Of a stretch of 18,792 bases of DNA, positions 16,821-18,792 are shown piece after piece. How positions within the stretch are numbered: the stretch's first letter is position 1; each line of letters begins with the position of its first letter. The DNA is taken from assembly GCA_016202795.1 (NCBI GenBank), contig JACQNY010000111.1, forward strand, positions 1-18,792, written 5' to 3'. This DNA is from Candidatus Aenigmatarchaeota archaeon. Its GTDB lineage: Archaea; Aenigmatarchaeota; Aenigmatarchaeia; JACPZZ01. The position numbers and the translations under genes were made by a program. The notes beneath the pieces are model-generated. The model made no database searches. It had not been told where the DNA came from and saw only the letters and a list, made by a program, of their open reading frames with translations.

Positions 16821-16994
16821 TGCTCCCGCCGGGATTTGAACCCGGGTTTAGAGGTGTCTGCCAAGCGTTTTTCCCAAGGTTTTTCTTTTACCCTAAGGCT
16901 TTTCTTTCAATTTAATTTCTTTCCCTCAAGGCTTTCTTTTGAAAGAAAGGCTTGTCCGCAACCTCTTGTCTTATCCAGACTGGACCACGGGAGC
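16821..16994 (-). tRNA. tRNA-Arg (anticodon GCG) with a 100-nt intron at position 37/38
   Basis: Exon 1 GCTCCCG TG GTCCAGTCTGGATAAGAC A AGAGG TTGCGG (16994..16956); intron 16955..16856; exon 2 A CCTCT AAAC CCGGG TTCAAAT CCCGG CGGGAGC A (16855..16821). Acceptor, anticodon and T stems pair fully. CCA is not encoded. Confidence 0.93.
16856..16955 (-). other. Archaeal BHB-type tRNA intron (100 nt)
   Basis: Central helix TTGC/GCAG (4 bp, one G-U) between 3-nt bulges GG^A and AC^A, with distal intron helix CAAGC/GCTTG and proximal anticodon stem AGAGG/CCTCT: canonical hBHBh'. Confidence 0.88.
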
Positions 16995-17005
16995 GCCCAC
17001 AACTA

Positions 17006-17160
17006 GACACATAGGTTGCTAGAAACAGACGCATAACAGCTAGAAGCATACCGTATACTGAATAGTTTGCTAAAGCAAACTATTTGAGAAAATCCGATGA
17101 TTTTCTCAATATCGGTATGCTTCAGTTTACGATGCGTCTGTTTCAATTTACCGATGTGTC
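17006..17160. repeat. Multi-level nested palindromic element upstream of the tRNA
   Basis: Exact complementary arms: GACACAT 17006..17012 / ATGTGTC 17154..17160; GAAACAGACGCAT 17022..17034 / ATGCGTCTGTTTC 17132..17144; GAAGCATACCG 17043..17053 / CGGTATGCTTC 17113..17123; enclosing AATAGTTTGC-TAAA-GCAAACTATT (17061..17084) and TGAGAAAATC-CGAT-GATTTTCTCA (17085..17108). Confidence 0.9.
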
Positions 17161-17172
17161 AGTCTGGCTTGG

Positions 17173-17200
17173 TTAAACTTTCTTTAAAAAGAAAGTTTAA
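17173..17200. repeat. 13-bp perfect inverted repeat (hairpin) before the Zn-ribbon/aEF1B genes
   Basis: TTAAACTTTCTTT (17173..17185) AA AAAGAAAGTTTAA (17188..17200), merging into a TATA-like TTTAAATATA (17196..17205). Confidence 0.8.
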
Positions 17201-17231
17201 ATATATCACAGCGGATAAGTAATACGATATC

Positions 17232-17426
17232 ATGGAGCAACAGATTGAAATTAACAAAACCGACAAAAAATTATGCACAACGTGCGGGTCTGTTGTGGCT
17301 TACATCGGAACTTTCGTCGAGTTTCTGTGTCCAAACTGCAATTCAGATCTTATCAGGCGCTGCGAAAGGTGCAAAAATTTCAGCAACAAATACAAATGTT
17401 CAAAGTGTTCCTTTACAGGACCATAA
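17232..17426 (+). CDS. Small zinc-ribbon RNA-binding-type protein (COG2888-like)
   Basis: 64 aa with CTTCG, CPNCNSDLIRRCERCK and CSKCSFTGP; located directly upstream of aEF1B, the conserved archaeal context of this family. Confidence 0.85.
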   Translation: MEQQIEINKTDKKLCTTCGSVVAYIGTFVEFLCPNCNSDLIRRCERCKNFSNKYKCSKCSFTGP

Positions 17427-17444
17427 ACAGCTAGAAGTGATTAA

Positions 17445-17702
17445 ATGGGAAATGTAATGGTAACTTTTCGTGTGATGCCCGAATCACCTGAGACGGACCT
17501 CGAAAAAATAAAGGACGCCCTTCTGAAGCTCGGATCAAAGAAAGTAGATACCGAACCTCTGGCTTTTGGTTTAAATGCGGTCATAGCATACTTCGTAGTT
17601 CCGGATGCTGAAGGCGGCACCGAAGATTTGGAAAAATCCGTAAAAAGCATAGAAGGCGTGTCCGAGGCGGAAATAACAGAAGTGAACAGGACGCTGTTCT
17701 AG
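17445..17702 (+). CDS. ef1b: Archaeal elongation factor 1-beta (aEF1B)
   Basis: MGNVMVTFRVMPESPETDLEKIKDAL...EPLAFGLNAVIAYFVVPDAEGGTEDLEKSVKSIEGVSEAEITEVNRTLF. Ends with TAG. Confidence 0.93.
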   Translation: MGNVMVTFRVMPESPETDLEKIKDALLKLGSKKVDTEPLAFGLNAVIAYFVVPDAEGGTEDLEKSVKSIEGVSEAEITEVNRTLF

Positions 17703-17872
17703 GGAAACTTTACGATATTTTTGTCAGCAGGCGCCTTTAATTTTCTTCCACCCATACAAATTTTGCACCCGCGCGTGTATTTGCAGTCAGCACAAACAAT
17801 GGCATAACAGCTGTCGCAACTGAGTAGTTTAGTAACTTTACCGCAGCTCTGGCAGATTGAAGTTTTATCCAT
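17699..17872 (-). CDS. Small cysteine-rich (4 x CxxC) putative zinc protein
   Basis: MDKTSICQSCGKVTKLLSCDSCYAIVCADCKYTRGCKICMGGRKLKAP... ATG at 17872 is preceded by GTGAGG (SD-like); an alternative GTG at 17884 overlaps the upstream TGA. Ends with TAG. Confidence 0.65.
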   Translation of the reverse strand: MDKTSICQSCGKVTKLLSCDSCYAIVCADCKYTRGCKICMGGRKLKAPADKNIVKFP

Positions 17873-17880
17873 TAAAAGCC

Positions 17881-18792
17881 TCACTCCATGAATTGTACAT
17901 CCGTTACCTCTCCCTTGTGTGCCACGCCTTCCACGACTTTGGCTATAAAGTCCTTGTTTCTCATGTTTCCTTTCTCTATTCTGTCCGTATATTTCGTAAA
18001 TGCGAGTACAGCGGCATGCGTTCCCGCGGATTCCAGTCCAGCCAGCACAAGAATAAATTTGGCCTTGTCAAACGGGTTTCGTACCTTGCACACAAAACCC
18101 GCCTCGGGCTCCGAATATTCTTCCCCTGATACATCCGATATTATCCTTGTCCCGGTCTTGTTGAACCTTATCGGGAGATAGTCGTTGAATGTTTTTTGTA
18201 TCGTGTTCACATAAATCCCGCCGATGATTATCATATTATCTTTCGTGCTTTTCACGTCAAGGTCTGTGCAGCATATTTTTTCGCTCGCAAAACCGTATCG
18301 GCCAAGGACGGCTGCCACCTCCCCTGCTATATAGCCGGACCTCATCGACCGGTTAAGGCTTCCGTGAGGGATTGCGGCGCCGACAATTATCTTGCAGTTT
18401 ATGGTCTGGCTGTCAACAAATCCCTCTATCAGCCTCGGCACCTTGAAATATTCGCGAAGTTCATAATCGTGTTCAACAGGCCGGACGTAAGGCGGGACGA
18501 ACGCAAACGCGGTTTTTTTCACCGAATAAAACTCCGGCATTCCGACATGGATTTTTTTTATCCTCTCAACAAATCCGTGCTTTTCCAGAATTCTTATGTG
18601 GTAATAAATTTTTTGTTCGTGAATTCCCAATTCCTTTGAAATCTGCAGCGGATAGCTTTCCTTTTTAGCCAGCGTCTCCAGTATTTTTTTTCGTATCGGA
18701 TGTGTAAGCGCCTTTATGCCCTCGATGCCTTCTATGTTTCTTGCAGGCACGGCCGTCTTTCTCTTCCTGTCCAGTAGATAAAATGTTTCCAT
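17881..18792 (-). CDS. ArsR-like winged-helix transcriptional regulator with C-terminal extracellular/S-layer-like domain
   Basis: 303 aa: IKALTHPIRKKILETLAKKESYPLQISKELGIHEQKIYYHIRILEKHGFV is a wHTH. The C-terminal DNMIIIGGIYVNTIQKTFND...EYSEPEAGFVCKVRNPFDKAKFILVLAGLESAGTHAAVLAF resembles S-layer-associated domains. Start codon lies at the window edge. Confidence 0.8.
   Translation of the reverse strand: METFYLLDRKRKTAVPARNIEGIEGIKALTHPIRKKILETLAKKESYPLQISKELGIHEQKIYYHIRILEKHGFVERIKKIHVGMPEFYSVKKTAFAFVPPYVRPVEHDYELREYFKVPRLIEGFVDSQTINCKIIVGAAIPHGSLNRSMRSGYIAGEVAAVLGRYGFASEKICCTDLDVKSTKDNMIIIGGIYVNTIQKTFNDYLPIRFNKTGTRIISDVSGEEYSEPEAGFVCKVRNPFDKAKFILVLAGLESAGTHAAVLAFTKYTDRIEKGNMRNKDFIAKVVEGVAHKGEVTDVQFME

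Noticed and set aside
16738-17160. CRISPR array interpretation of the repeats around the tRNA
   Set aside because: Repeats are nested inverted arms with non-uniform spacing and no spacer-repeat periodicity; no cas genes in the window.
16738-17160. Insertion sequence with encoded transposase
   Set aside because: No ORF of transposase size or motif lies between or near the palindromic arms; only the tRNA is present.

Overview
Archaeal chromosomal segment (about 19 kb), dense in informational genes. The lineage is not resolvable from this window; compact DPANN/Euryarchaeota-like gene content is only an impression. From left to right: S26e. A type IV pilus-like assembly block (secretion ATPase, KaiC/RAD55-like ATPase, two single-domain T2SF/TadC-like membrane proteins) converges on a tandem array of four archaeal pilins. 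Next come Rpo4(RpoF)-L21e-Pus10-phosphodiesterase-SRP54, an orphan + strand gene, then FtsY, prefoldin alpha, a GT-C-like membrane protein, Nudix, Pth2, a CDP-alcohol phosphatidyltransferase, CarS and a VTT/DedA-like protein. The right end has an intron-bearing tRNA-Arg(GCG), a COG2888-like Zn-ribbon protein, aEF1B, a small 8-Cys protein and a wHTH regulator. The observations most worth a second look are: (1) ftsY is interrupted by one in-frame UAG with recognisable FtsY sequence in the same frame on both sides, while at least six other ORFs here use UAG as an ordinary terminator; (2) the tRNA-Arg has a 100-nt intron with a textbook bulge-helix-bulge and sits between two nested palindromic elements that share inverted and direct repeats; (3) the four pilins share a conserved cysteine pair and lie beside a pilus machine with a canonical KaiC-like ATPase and split T2SF subunits; (4) an orphan, possibly TraB/ChaN-like gene lies between srp54 and ftsY. 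I saw no CRISPR array, transposase, integrase or recognisable defence system.
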